Source: Nymphaea colorata (lineage: Eukaryota). From it: a DNA stretch of 64,000 bases. How positions within the stretch are numbered: position 1 is the stretch's first letter; each line of letters starts with the position of its first letter. The translations under genes and the position numbers were made by a program. Positions 50,727 to 64,000 of the stretch are shown here, piece after piece. The notes beneath the pieces are model-generated. The model was not told where the DNA came from. It did no database searches and was given only the letters and a program-made list of their open reading frames with translations. Where the stretch lies: the NCBI RefSeq assembly GCF_008831285.2, contig NC_045138.2:24428001-24492000 (forward strand), in the 5' to 3' direction.

Positions 50727-52062
50727 TATTTTTTGAATGTTGAAAATTTTCAGATTTCAAAATTTCTAAAAAGTTGAATACTAGGATGTAACTAGAATCT
50801 ATCCCCTGAAACATCAAACCGAGAAAATATCATTTTTAGTTATTAGTTTGAAAGCTGAAGAAGCAACATCCTCAAACAAAAGTCCGTGTCATTAGTCATG
50901 AGGTACTAAGAGGAGAATGTGAAGGGCGACCTTGAATCGCTCTCATTCCTACCATTTTATGGTGTTGTCCTCGTAAGCTAGCTGCAATCATGAAAGAAAA
51001 AGAGCTCAGTGAAACTGTAAATACCTATTAATTTAGATGACAAATCGAAAAGAGTCCATAAACTGTAGTCTTCAACGATAAGGTTGCAGCGTCGACAATT
51101 AAGACGAAAATTTATCCTTCAAAAATAGAAAATATTTTCTTCCATTCACCAATTAAATTATGGAGTGCTTATTTTTATATTAAATTCAAATAGGCGTAGG
51201 AGTGCCGGCGGAGCGCTCCCAGAACAAATTCAAAAAGCTTGGATGCAAAAGCAGCACATATATGGAATCGAAAACAAAAACAAGCATGAAAATCCTACCA
51301 TAACAGAAGTTACCTCAAAGGAGTCCATGTTACATAAACGTTACCTGACTGCATATCCTTGCTCCCATTCAATAACAAGTTAAAATTATCTTCGTTAAGA
51401 GAGACCTATTTATCTCTTACTTGGAGTTAGGACGATGATAACTCCACATTTCAAGGGAAACTTGGACATGTTATGACGGAGAAAAATGTCACCTCTACCA
51501 TTTTATTTGCTGGGAACCTTTTCCAGATTTCAAACATAGACCATTGATAACAAGTACTAGAACTCTTCAAACGCACAGCGAGAGAGAGAGAGGTGCATAA
51601 TTTAGAAAAAAAATAAGAAACAAGAAATTCTAATTTATTAGTGGAGTCTTAGAAGTTAAAGGTGCACCTACTACAATCAGCATAGCTGGATACATAGAAC
51701 CAACGTAAAGCCCTTTATCAGTATTCGAGGCACATCCAGATAAAAAAGAATGTGACGATAAAAAATAATGAAGAAGATAAAATTGAATGTCATAAAATCA
51801 ATCAGTTCAGAGGAAAAAATGAAGCACCAATCATCCGATTGTTACCAACGAATGCTTCCTCTGGAGTCTGGTCCAAAAGTGGGCTGTACAGTTGATTGTT
51901 GCTCGGTGCCATGGCCTATTTATGTAGCATGGCAATGGCACAGCAAATGGAACTGGTCAGCTGCTCAAGTGTGATTAGAAAACTGAAGAGTAGAAGAACA
52001 ACCGCAGAAGCTTCAGTTATAACTATGCTGGGTCAGGAAAACTACATGCAGAGAAGCTTCAT

Positions 52063-53610
52063 TTATAACTGTGCTGGGTCAGGAAGACTAGTTGAGGAAT
52101 CATCACATGATTGCCTTGAAGATGCAGACTCTCTCTTAGTCATGCGCACGAGGGCTTGAACAATCTCAGACATTGGTGGCCTAAACTCTGGCTCCGGCTG
52201 CAAAATCAAATTCAACTGGTGACTGACGGTACACCCAACTTAACAGCTTCAAGGAGATCTACATTATTAATGGAAAATCCAAAGCATCCGAAGGTACAAC
52301 ATACTCACCTGAAGACACAATGAAATAATGTCTGCAAATCGTGACAATGACTTGACAGAGTAAACACCTTCAAGAGCAGGATCAACCATTCCTGATAATG
52401 CGTCAATGTCATGAAGCTGGGGAATTGCCCACCTTACCAGAGATTGCTCTGCTCGTGGACGTCTCCTAGTTATATGTGTAAAACTAAGATCAGTGAAAGT
52501 GCCACAAAAATCGAATTCTGTAAGGGGGAAGGGTTTTTTTTTCCCCCCCCCTTAGTAGCATATCAAACGGAATGCTGTAAGAATGATGAGGATTTTTTTC
52601 TTTCAAGCAGTGTATTACTATGCTCATTGGAAGACTTTAACCACCTCATAGTCGAGAAAAAGCCAACTTTACTAATAGGTCATACAACGACCTCAAAACC
52701 TAGGCTGTCGAAGCTGTCCTGCTGTGACATGAACCATGATCAAAAGTGATAAGCCCTTGGACTATATAAATCTTATAAAAGCAAAAAATAATGTTTCATA
52801 TGCTTACCACATCTCTACTGTTTTCATCGTGTTAAAGTTGAATAATGGATTATTCCTAGGTTAGTCTGCAACATTCTCATGCTCATGAACTGAGCTGACT
52901 GACTTGTGACTATCTTGAAAATTTGGAAGTGTTTTTAAGACGATTAAACCTATTAGCATCATATAAAAGGCATGCAACACACATCTATGTGATTAAATCT
53001 ATTAATTGGCAGCTACAGCTAGTCCATGCAAATAAGAGGATGTAATACCACACTGTCACATGGTTGAGCATTACAAAGCCCTCTAAGTGCTCTATAATAC
53101 AAACCTGTCCAAGGGCTTTCGACCTGTCAGAAGTTCCAACATCACCACTCCAAAGCTATAAACATCACTCTGAATATTATAAACACCAGACATTGTGTAC
53201 TCTGGTGCCCCATAACTAAATGAACCTAGCATATGTGATGAGACCTGTAACAGGCAAAACTCAGAATCCGTTTGAGGAAATTATTGATAGAAAACTCCAC
53301 ATAATCAAGATGAAGTTTGCTACCTGACTAGCACAAGAACCTGTATATATGGAATCCAGACCACAGTCAGAAACATGTGCAGAAAAATCATCATCAAGAA
53401 GAACATTAGCAGACTTCAAGTTCCGATGAACTAGTGGTGGTTGACAAACCTCATGCATATACCTTCATCCAAACAGGTAAGTCAAATTAAGGTTCACAAA
53501 ATCAAATTGATGAATCAATTATCAGATTTACAAACTGCACATAGAATTAACCAACACAAACTACTTGATGATACGTGCACTGCCACACACACACACACAC
53601 ACACAGAGAG

Positions 53611-53647
<37 letters not shown>

Positions 53648-56600
53648 TACTCCAGAGCCCGTGCGACACCAAGAGCCAGCTTTATTCGAGCATTCCATGG
53701 CAGTATTTTGTTATCTTCATCCATTAAATGGAGTGCATCATGCAGGGTCCCATTAGTGCAATACTCATAAACTAGTATTCTTTGTCCATGCTCTACAGAG
53801 TATCCCACAAGTTTATTTATATTTGCATGATTCAATTTGGAGACAGTAGAGACCAGCTTTATAAATGCTTCATCTGCATGCAACATGGTTGTTGTTGACA
53901 TGTCCAGCTTCTTAACAGCCAATAGCTGGAAAATAAATTAACAAATATGAGTGAGAGAGCATACAATATGATCACCGATTCACCATTATATGTACGAAAA
54001 AGATAAAAGAGAAAGTAAATAAAAGTATGATTTGAGGAGAGCTAGAATCAAGTGGGAGGTAATGTTGTTTGGCAACAAATTCATTTTAGTTTCTCAAACT
54101 CATATCTTAGGCAATGACAAAATTTTAACAGTTTTCAACATTGGATAGATTTCTGTAACACAGCATCAGTGATAACCTCATAGAGGCACATAGTAGTCCA
54201 TAATGAAATATTTTGGGTTTGGTCCTTCAAAGGATGACACACCATTATGCTTTTGTTCCTTGCATTAATCCAATGACTAATACAATTGCTAGCAAAGTCC
54301 AGATAGCTTCAACAGCACCATAACACTATTTCTTTTGTGCCTCTATTTTGAGGACAGCATTTGTGATCATTTGTAACTTCCCCTTACCCATAAAAATCTG
54401 TATAATATGCTACAGTTACAAGGTCTAGAATCATTTGCATAATGGCATAGATGTGAAACAGAAGAAGTAAGTTTGCATTCAAAAGGTTCTTCACATTCTT
54501 TTCAACTCATAGACCAGTTGACCTTTGCAGTTACAGGCCCCAAACCTGACTACATTTTTTACCCCAATTGGATAACATTAAATCATGAATGTCCGAAATG
54601 TATAAAATATCCAGGGCCAGACCAAAAGGTATAGTCAATGTTAAGATCTCAAGTACATTTATACTGCATTTAGGAAAACAGAATGAGCCATACCTTTCTA
54701 TCAGGGAGCTCTGCCAAATAAACGCTTCCCAAGGAGCCTTCACCAATTAAGTTTTCCTGCCCAAAACTTTTTGTGAATTGTTGAAGGTCTGAAATTGTAA
54801 AAGATACAACTCCGGGAACTGGAACATGTGGCTTCTGTGGTTTTGGCTCAGAGGACTCCTGAGGGCCAGGACCAGTGTAAGAAGCAACACAGGGTACATG
54901 ATAAATTTGTTTTTCTGATTCAAGTCTCTGGTCAGGCTTTTCTCCAGTACTAGGAGGTGTAGTCTTCTCAGCAGGAGGAAGCTTATAAGTGGCATCTACC
55001 TTGGTCATTTCAATCACGTGGTTCATCTTCCTCCTCACAACTCCATCTGTAGCTGCCAAAATACCCAATATAAAAGTAAGTATAAAAACTATTACATTGG
55101 TAAGAAAGAATTCACCAGGATCAACTGAATAGAAAAAGCAGGTGAATAGAAATAAAGGATGATCAACTGAAAAACAAAAAAAAGAAAAAAAAGGAAGCCA
55201 TTCATGAAGTCAATAACTACCTTTCACAATGTCACAGTCTTTTTGCATCAAAGCCTCACTTTTTGGATGTTTTTTTTCAGGTTCTCTATAGGTAGGTACC
55301 TTATCTTTTCCCTCATATCTACTTATGACATCAGGTCTGTCTCTGAACCACGATACACATATACAAACAGCTAAAATTACTACACCAATTGCCAAAAGTA
55401 TTGCAAACACCAGCCCAACTGTCCTGCCGGTGGTGAAGAATCTGTTAACACTCAAACTGTGGGATTTTATACTCTGTGATGATCCTTCTGAATTATTCTG
55501 GGGAGTAACTGGAGTCGCTGGCAACTCAGAGAAGAATGGGGATGGTGGTCCTGTTGGTGATGCCCCAGGAGGAGTTACATTAAATGGATTTCCATCTTTA
55601 CTGCATGAAAAAATTAGTAAATCAGATAAATAAGACAGACAATGGTAGTTGGTACATGACATTCTTTTCACAAAAGTGTCGAAGCAATCAGGGCATAAAG
55701 CTATAAACACTTCCAAGATTGTAACATCTTTCAGCAATCCAAACAAGAGCACAAAACCTGAAGTTTGGAATACTGCTGAGCATCTGTGGAGGCACTGGTC
55801 CAGAGAATTGATTGTTCTCTATGTTCCTATCTTGAAAAAAAAAGTTCTACTCATGAGAAGTTTCTCAAAATAAAGTGAGTAAACATAAAATGATGCCTTG
55901 GTAGGGGAAACTATGAATCCATAATAAAGAAGGCAGAAGTTAGTAAAATAAGATAGTAAAGAGAGCATACAAATTTTGCAGTTTCAGATCTTCCAAGACA
56001 TCAAGAGTTCCAGATAGCTGGTTATTTTGCAACTTCCTGTGACATAATATATCATCTAATGAGTAAGTTTCTGCAATGTGGGTATATGAAACATCCAAAA
56101 GAAGAAAACTCCTCACAATGTAGCCAAAGATGACAAATCGGCAAAAGTGGCTGGTAGGTGATCACTCAAATTGTTTGATGAAAGATCCCTGCATAGAAGC
56201 ATAAACATGTTCTCATAAATATTTATAGGAGGCAGTGGTAGGAAATTAGGAATTATGCTAAACATCATTGGTGTTCTAATATGGCTAAACATCTCCTATG
56301 CAGAATTTCTCTACACAAAACATTAGAACAGGATGGGCTTGCCCATGACACTCCCTTTTGTCTCATATTACAGCAACAAAGCAACCAACTAAAATGCGTT
56401 GAGGTTAGAAACAACATGGACCAAAAACTTTCATAGAACAGCTTGAGGGGCACATGGCACCCAATCAGACAATTATATTGGGCAGTCTGACATCTCCAAA
56501 ATGATCCCTCTTGGATGGTGTATAATGTAGGTGCCTGATGTATTTGAGTGTGTTATGCCAAGCAAAAGAGATTACTCACAAGTTTATAAGACCACCAAGG

Positions 56601-57780
56601 TTTTGGAAAACATCCGGAATCGGCCCTGTTAGGTGATTCATGTTGAGCGACCTTAGTAAACAAGACAAGAAACAGCTTCAAGAAACAGTTTCAAAAAAGA
56701 AAATTGGACAATGGAGGTATTAAGTTTAAAGAAAAACCAGAAAACAGACATGTCTGTCAGAAGAGTTAGTTCTCCTAAGGTGGTTGGGATGCTTCCAGTA
56801 AACTGATTTGCGGAAAGGAAACTGCAGGGCAAAGTAAGCTTAAGTAGTCAATTAAGAAAATCCAACTGCAATCAATAACAAAAATTTCAGCAACTGCCAA
56901 GAAAAAAAAATCCATGCAATTAAAACATACAGCCGCTGCAAATTAGGAGGAAGGTTGTCTGGAATGCTCTCTCCAATCTGGTTATTGCTCAGTTGCCTGG
57001 GACAAACTCATTATTTATTGGCATCATCAGAAAGGTTAAGGAGGACACATGATTCAAACTTGTTAAATTACTGTTGCAGATATCATAAGGCCAAATTCTA
57101 GAGAACAGAAAAACGAAACACACGCTAAACAGAACAAATCCAGTAGTAACAGAAAATGCAACAAACGAAGGAAAATATAAAAGTACAAATTTAACAGAAA
57201 ACGGAAAAGAGAGAGAGGGAGAGAGAGAGAGATTGGCAAGAATCCGCACAGTGTTGTAAGTGTGGTAAAGTTTCCCAGTTCATCACCAAGCCGTCCTCCC
57301 AGATTTGCGGCAGTAAGAATTCTGTCAATATAAGCATCAATTGAGATACAGAAGAATTTCTAGAATTACTAACTAAACTTTCAACCCAGAATAGTAAAGC
57401 CTTCAGAAGGGAACCATACATTTCAGTTATATTGGGTCCGGTGCATTGCACGCCCTGCCAATTCTCAACACAGGGATCTCCACCAGAAGCAACCCATCCG
57501 GGAAGTGGGGGAGAGCCTAGTGCCGTGTACAAACTGTTGATTGCAAAAACTGCACATAATAGAAAATCAGAAAAAGGAAAAGTATTAGGTGGACCAACAA
57601 AGTGGTAAGGGACAAAAAGAAAGGAATTTGTATTTCCCAATCGATGCTTGCGAACTTAGAGGATAAACGGTGAACTTAACCATGTTGGACATCAGTGAGG
57701 CCAGCCGAGGTTGGCAGCACCGAAAAGAGACGCAACACAACAAATGCCAGCCAAACTGTTTTCAAGTGCGCATTCTCCAT
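52063..57780 (-). CDS. SRF: STRUBBELIG-RECEPTOR FAMILY (LRR-V) receptor-like kinase, SRF1/SRF3/SUB-like, ~767 aa
   Basis: 16 exons: 57681-57780 (signal peptide), 57420-57549 (SUB domain [33 protein letters not shown]), LRR exons 57250-57321, 56931-56996, 56750-56821, 56580-56651, 56117-56188, 55971-56036, 55758-55826, then 55221-55600 (Pro-rich region and TM), 54694-55052, 53651-53925, 53324-53462, 53105-53244, 52309-52465 and 52063-52197. Total 2304 nt, phases consistent. Confidence 0.95.
53585..53643. repeat. (CA)n(GA)n microsatellite just inside an SRF intron
   Basis: Begins a few nt after the donor at 53650. Confidence 0.95.
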
Positions 57781-58820
57781 CAACCGGGAGATTGTTCTTA
57801 CTTTGAACTCTTTAAACTTGTACAAATTTCTGAAAAGAAAAAACAGACAAACCAAACTGAATCACATAACATGTTACATTTTTCAAAAGCGCAAGTAAAT
57901 TCAACGGGGGGACTAGCACAATCAACAGCAGGAAACATCCATCGAATGATTTTATAGATGCCTTAGATAATTCTAACTAAATTTTATAATGCGAACTAGA
58001 ACTCAGATGGAACAGTGAGAATCCTCCGAGTGAACACAGCTCTGCCACAAAACAGGAGCAAAGGATAAAATCCAAACTCAAGCGCAGCAATGGAGGCCTC
58101 TTCAGAAAAGAAATCAACAACAAGAGATTGAAAAACCATAACAATGTCCAACATTATTGAAGTAACCACTCAGAACCAAAAATGCGTATGAGCACCATTT
58201 ACCAAACTCGAACAGAATCAAAAGAAGCCCAAAACAGAAGATCTCGACTTTCTAAGGCCAAAGCAGAACTGCATTTAGCTGAAAAACTAGAAACTCCACT
58301 GCAGAAGGAAAACAAATCGCAATTGGAGATCCATATCAAATCTGGGGGCATTCTTACTTAAACCAGCCGATCGACCTCAAGAAAGTCAGAAAGCACAGGA
58401 ATCAAACGAACGGCAACGAAGGAAGCGCAGAACGGAACGAGCAGTGAACCTTTTGGAAAAAAGAAGAAGAAGAAGAAGCGATTCTCGCGCTTCCTCGGAT
58501 ATCTTCTTTGCTAAGAGAGAGAGGGAGGGAGAGATCGACAGAAGGCTCCGATTACTAAGCGGACATTATCAGTACGGAGAGCTCTGACTTCCAATATATT
58601 TTAAAAGAATTTCAGAATTGAAATCATTTGTTATTTCCTCACAAGTATGAAATCGCCCCTACGTCGGAGAATAATTAAATCATCGGCCGTCCAGATGAGG
58701 TCCTTTCTTTTCCAGAAGTCGTCGTCGGTGGCATTTCCATTATTTTTTCCAGATGCAAGGGCAATAAATTAGATATGGTGGGTTCACTGGGAGTGGACTC
58801 CGTTGGGTCGATGTCGCTGG

Positions 58821-59100
58821 GAGCTTTCAATGGGTCGGATTTGACTCATTCCACGCACAAGCCGGATCCGGTAGAACCCGATCTCGGGCACAAATCCAAT
58901 TGGGTATTTGGACCCGGATTCAGTTGTATTTTCCACCTAGGATAGAACCTGACATCCGCTTAAGTTTCGCGTTTGGATCAAAATCCGGATATTTAAATTT
59001 GGTTCTCTTGGAAAATATCTGAGACGAACGTCCAACCCGAAACATCACTTCAGGTTCGGATCAGAAAGAATCCGGTTCGAGTCCGATCCATTGACAGCCT
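58821..59100. mobile_element. MITE family B element upstream of the SRF gene
   Basis: Imperfect TIRs GAGCTTTCAATGGGTCGGAT / GTCCGATCCATTGACAGCCT; internal GGATC/ATCCG motifs. Confidence 0.65.
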
Positions 59101-61493
59101 TGCCTTTGCCTTTGAGTTTTCACCTTTCGCTTTTCACCACCTTTCCGGTGAGTTCCTTTTTTGAGGCAGAACTGAAGCGTCCAAGCGAGAAACGCTGACG
59201 TGTTGATAAATTGTATTGTTATCGTCTCCGGCGATCCTTGTTTGGTAGATCGAGGTCGCTGTCAAGAGAAGCCCGACAAAGTTCCCGAACTCCGCTTGGA
59301 AGTTTGTGGTTTTCGCAGAGTTTCAGAAATCCAAGCCGCCTTTGGCCTTGGAATCCACGAGGGGTGACCATCTTATTGGTTTTCAATCTAATAGTTTGGA
59401 TCAAGAACATAGATCCAAAACCAAAACATTGTTTTGGTTCTAATTCCATTTTGCTTACCAACATTTGAAGGAAGGTAGCAGTGACTTTGGAAAACTTATG
59501 AAGTTCACTAGATATTGGCGATAATCACATGGGTTTTACCAACTTAATGTGTTATTAAATGATTTTTTCCTTCTGGATTATCGCCATTCTTGCCTTTGGT
59601 TGAGCTTTCTTGTGTTGTTAAGAAACTGAGATTAAATTTTAGGGGTTTAAGAACTTGGTCAATTAGGGCATCTGTTAAAATATTTAACTTCGATTGGCTG
59701 GTTTAGTGAAACATGCCGTTGGAAGCAGTAAAACTATTTATTACGGCGCTCTTTGTTGCTTAATTGTTTGTTTAATTACCGAACAAATAACAGCGAGGAG
59801 GAGGGGGAGGGTAGGGAGCGGAGGTGGGGCCCACGAGGCATGTGCTTCGAGCAGGGAGCAAATGCGCCGCGCAATGCTTACGTCCTTATCGTGTGGACTT
59901 TTGTGCATAAAGTATGGGTTTGGGCCCGACCGTGGATCTATGTCCTACTCTGGAGTGCCGGCAGTGGGTCAGGGCTTTAGGACCGACTGGACCTAGTCTA
60001 GTCTGGATCTGATCCTGATGTCATTTTCCCGGAAAGAAGTGAAAATATGTTGGATTTGGATCCGGATTATAAATTGTAATAGTAGTTCTAAACTTAGGGA
60101 TGTGACAGCGCAAGATGTTAGAGGAATTTTTATTTTTTGATCTCAGTATCGAACAATCCACTTTTGAGAAAAGGAATCGATCCTATATATGCAACCCCAT
60201 CGCTATCCGGATCATGACATTACAGATCCATTCAATTACGGGTGTGGATTTTATTATGGTCAGAAAGGGGGTTGGAGTTGTTTATGAGCCAAATTCTCGA
60301 CGTTTGCATTATGTGTCATTCTTTGTCTGGTCTGCTTTAGCTTATGCAACTTTGACATTTCAGTTCATGTTTGCTTACAAACTGGTGCCCATCTCTTACT
60401 CAAAGGGCCGTTTAACAAACAGATGTTTCTTGAACCTATTTCAATTTCGTGATATATTTATAAAACATTAACAATTTTTTATTATCACCAAAATAGCCTC
60501 AAATTGCTTTTAAGAAAGTATTTGGTAAGAAAAATGTTATGCTGTTCAAATATATTTTTTAAAAATAAAACAGTGTGCTTTTTGTTCAAGAAAATATGAT
60601 ATAATTATGCATATTTCCCAATCAAATGGCAAACACAAGTGTACAAACACGATGTTATCGGAACATCAGTCCGAGTGGTTAAGAAGGTCAAAAAAAGTCC
60701 ACACAGTCTCTAAACCAATGGAGACGGGTCTCTGCTGACATAGAAGGAAAATTTAAAGAAAAAAAAAAGTTCCACGTGAAAAAAAAATTTTAACAATAAA
60801 AAAAACTGTGCATAATAAAAAAGTCCACTCCACCTCTTGTGCATCTTCACTTCACCTTTGTAGCGAGTCAATTTTCAAATATTCTTTTATTCGTTTTCTT
60901 TTAAAAAGTTTCGATCATGTGCACCCAGTTGTTATGGGCATGCGGGAGAGTGGGTCTAATCAGTTATTCATGCTCCCAATGCTAACATTGGTACATTATG
61001 AATGTAGACGGGGTTCTGTTATATATGATATACGCGTATTTGTTCTGGTTATTTATACTCTTTTTTTTTTGTTTTTCTCTCAATCATTTAATGCATATGT
61101 TAACTTATATATATATTTTGTGGAAACTTATAACTAACTCCAATTAATTATATAGTTATGCCCATTTGGTTGGATAATTGTAAACTGAAGTCCAATCCAA
61201 ATGGGAATTGGTTTCGGTTGCGTGAGGTAAGACGCAATTGGTCAAGGTCTGGTACGCAGGTCTTCACTCCAACTCCAATCATATCGGATGGACAATAAAG
61301 TAGTAGATGAAGGCAACAACTTGTTATAAAATATAGAAAGTGCGTTGCGTAGAGTAACGTGTACTCTGAGTTGGATTGGGTGGACCCTGTTTGATCCAAA
61401 TCACTACTATTAAATTCTTATCCAAAGCTTGACGGTAACCGAACTTGGAAAACATGGGGCATTTCCGATCTAGGAAATATTATACATACACAC

Positions 61494-61525
<32 letters not shown>

Positions 61526-62647
61526 TACGAGTTTGATATGTTTCAAACATATAAAAAGCTGGACGCTCATCTCATGAAACATGACATTCGATGAAAAAGG
61601 ATTTGTAATTATAAGCTTTGTTACTTATAAAGATTTTTCTATTCATCAAAATTTAAACCCATTTAGGAACCTGTTCACATGTCCACATGGATTCAAGTGC
61701 ATGCATGATCCAAGAGTCAACTCTTACCTAATTGATTACTTAAGTAACTTTAAAAGGTCTTTGAAAAACTCAGAACGATGAAACCATTCACCTCCTATCT
61801 TAAATCAAACTTTTTTTTTTTTCAATGTAAAGAAGTAAAATAAGGATCTTAGGTGTATATTTTATGTCTGATCCTTAATATCCTTAGTTTGATAAACCAT
61901 GAACTTAAACAAGGGGATTCAAATCTGATATGATTACCTAAATTATTTCCCATTCGGCAAAAAAAACTTTTTAGAAGGCCTCTGAGAAATAACAGAGTCT
62001 TTTCTAATGCTGTTTCCTCCACCATTGAAATATTCTGTGGGATCTCAAACTCAGCCAGTTTGCAGCAAAGATGAATCAAAACTGTACATATTTCTGGTTC
62101 GTTATTCGCTGGCCGTCGGATTTACCTACTACCCGATTCGAATGAATAAACAGTTTCATGAGAATTTATTTGGCATGCTTGAATGGGCAGTCTCAACATG
62201 AAATAAAAGCGACGGCTACTTTCCCGAGTACTCAACACTCTTTGGACATGCATTGCACGTCCGGATGAATTGTAATGGCATTAACTATAAGCGAAGCCGC
62301 TGGTACGGGAGATCATAAAAAAAACGGAGAGAAGTCAAGGAATAAATAGTGCTTTCATTTAACATTTGAACGTTGAGGGAAGACATCCTTTCACTTCTCT
62401 CTTTTTTAATAGTCTTCTTCTGCTCATTAAATTGGAAAGTCCAAATTTGTTTACATTCTGTGTATATATCTCAAAAGTTGAAGTAGATTTATAGACACCT
62501 TTTTTTAATTTTTTTTTTAAGTGTTGTATGAATCTGCTTCAATTTTTAAACCATGTTTACAAAACAGTTACGTACTGTCCCCTTCACCAAATAAACGGTA
62601 AGGAACACATGATAATTGGTACACGACACTTTGAAATGCTCCAGCTG

Positions 62648-62859
62648 CAATGCTGTAAAAATCGGTTGCAAATTTGAATAGGCTGAATCAGTTGAGTTGG
62701 CCAAAAAATACTAAAAATATCTTCAATTAAAAATATAAAAATTAAATGTTTAAAAATAAATTAGACAGCTGACACATGCCACTCTTGAATTTGCAACAAC
62801 TCAACTCAATTCGATTCGACTGATTCAAGCAGCCGATTCATGCCAATTTTGCAACTTTG
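62648..62859. mobile_element. Possible small TIR element remnant
   Basis: CAATGCTGTAAAAATCGG / CCAATTTTGCAACTTTG imperfect inverted ends with internal GAATCAG/CTGATTC and GTTGAGTT/AACTCAAC symmetry. Confidence 0.4.
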
Positions 62860-64000
62860 TTCCGAGGTATTTTTCTTTTTCAAATTGATATTGCAAATAA
62901 GGATACAAGAAGCGTACATTTTAAATTCATTTAATTTAAAAAAAAAAACTTTTTTACAGGTCTTAGCATTCAAAATTCTTAATGGGAAACAGTTTTTTTT
63001 TTTCTTCTCGTGATAATGAAGTCATTTATATGTAGAAGATATAAATTATATACAGAAGAATCACTGTGTGCTCATTATAATGCAACGGACAGAGTTCTTT
63101 TTCCTCTTTCTTTAGGGGAGATGACTGGGGTTAGGTAGAACATGACTACCCAGCTACCATTATTAAAGTCGTTTTGTAGTGCTCATAATCCTAATACTAT
63201 TCCAAGCAAGGTCCAGCAATGCGGGTCCAAATATATCGGATCAAAATTCAATTGGCAATAGTTATTAAGTGATTATCAAAACATCTAAGAACATATATAT
63301 CATGCATGAGTTAACATTATATCCGGATTTCATGCATGTTTTAGGTGATTTACACGTATCTCATACACAATCATGCATATGTACGCATTACATTATACAT
63401 TGCAGTGTTAAAAGGAAAATCTCTCCACAAATTGAGCTTTTGGAAAGATGAACTTTCTGGTTCATAAAGGCCGAGCACAAGTTCACCTTGTGGCTCATTT
63501 AAGCCATTCACGAAAAGGGGTCGGTTTCATGACTTCATCCTCAACAACTAAAGTCTTAAATGGTTCTGTTCGATCGTTGGGCTCATTTACTACCGGACCC
63601 ACAATCAGGTTCGTCTTTAGTGGAATACTTAGGTTCCAAAGAAATGCAGCAAGCCTAGCTAGATACATGTTGTTTGAGAATGAATAATAATATGTTTGTC
63701 TTATATGTCAAAAGAAAAGCTACAACACAAAACGGAGTTTGACTGTTCATGTAGGTGGAACAACCTATTCAATCGCAACATTATTTGAACATTATATTAA
63801 AAGCTTTTTTTTAGTATTCAACATAAATTCTAAAGCTGGCACCGTAGTGTTCTCCCCATTAGGTCTTGACATGTCCAACCATGTTGATCTTGGTTATTGT
63901 ACCAACTGTAACGATTAGACTTAAAATGGATTAAGTAGTGGATATTGTGTGTGTATATATATATATATACAAACAATTGAATGGTGATTATCGATTTTTA

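Noticed and set aside
1..64000. CRISPR arrays, operons, rRNA/tRNA genes, intact LTR elements or a biosynthetic gene cluster
   Set aside because: Eukaryotic intron-containing DNA; no repeat-spacer array, structural RNA or gag/pol ORF seen, and the six genes have no evident shared pathway

Overview
Nuclear genomic DNA of a flowering plant (species not determinable from the sequence): AT-rich, intron-rich, with microsatellites and several MITE-like families. Six protein-coding genes could be spliced by hand with consistent intron phases. On the minus strand they are the 5' end of a SCAMP gene (runs off the left edge), a DUF707 gene (13 exons, ~408 aa), a SANT-like/coiled-coil/bromodomain gene (5 exons, ~473 aa), katanin p80/KTN80 (18 exons, ~954 aa) and a STRUBBELIG-RECEPTOR-FAMILY LRR receptor kinase (16 exons, ~767 aa). 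A DUF1685 gene (2 exons, ~141 aa) lies on the plus strand. Three decayed relics are inferred: a BCS1-like AAA-ATPase, a Mutator-like transposase, and an NYN-like plus RanBP2-zinc-finger gene sitting between two copies of a duplicated upstream region. I found no convincing novel multi-gene system. The most unusual locus is KTN80: its linker is expanded by a 120-aa internal duplication and an exon made of 11-aa repeats, its first intron looks U12-type, it has a GC-AG intron, and a uORF stop overlaps its start codon (ATGA). All family assignments rest on motifs recognised by eye, not on database searches.
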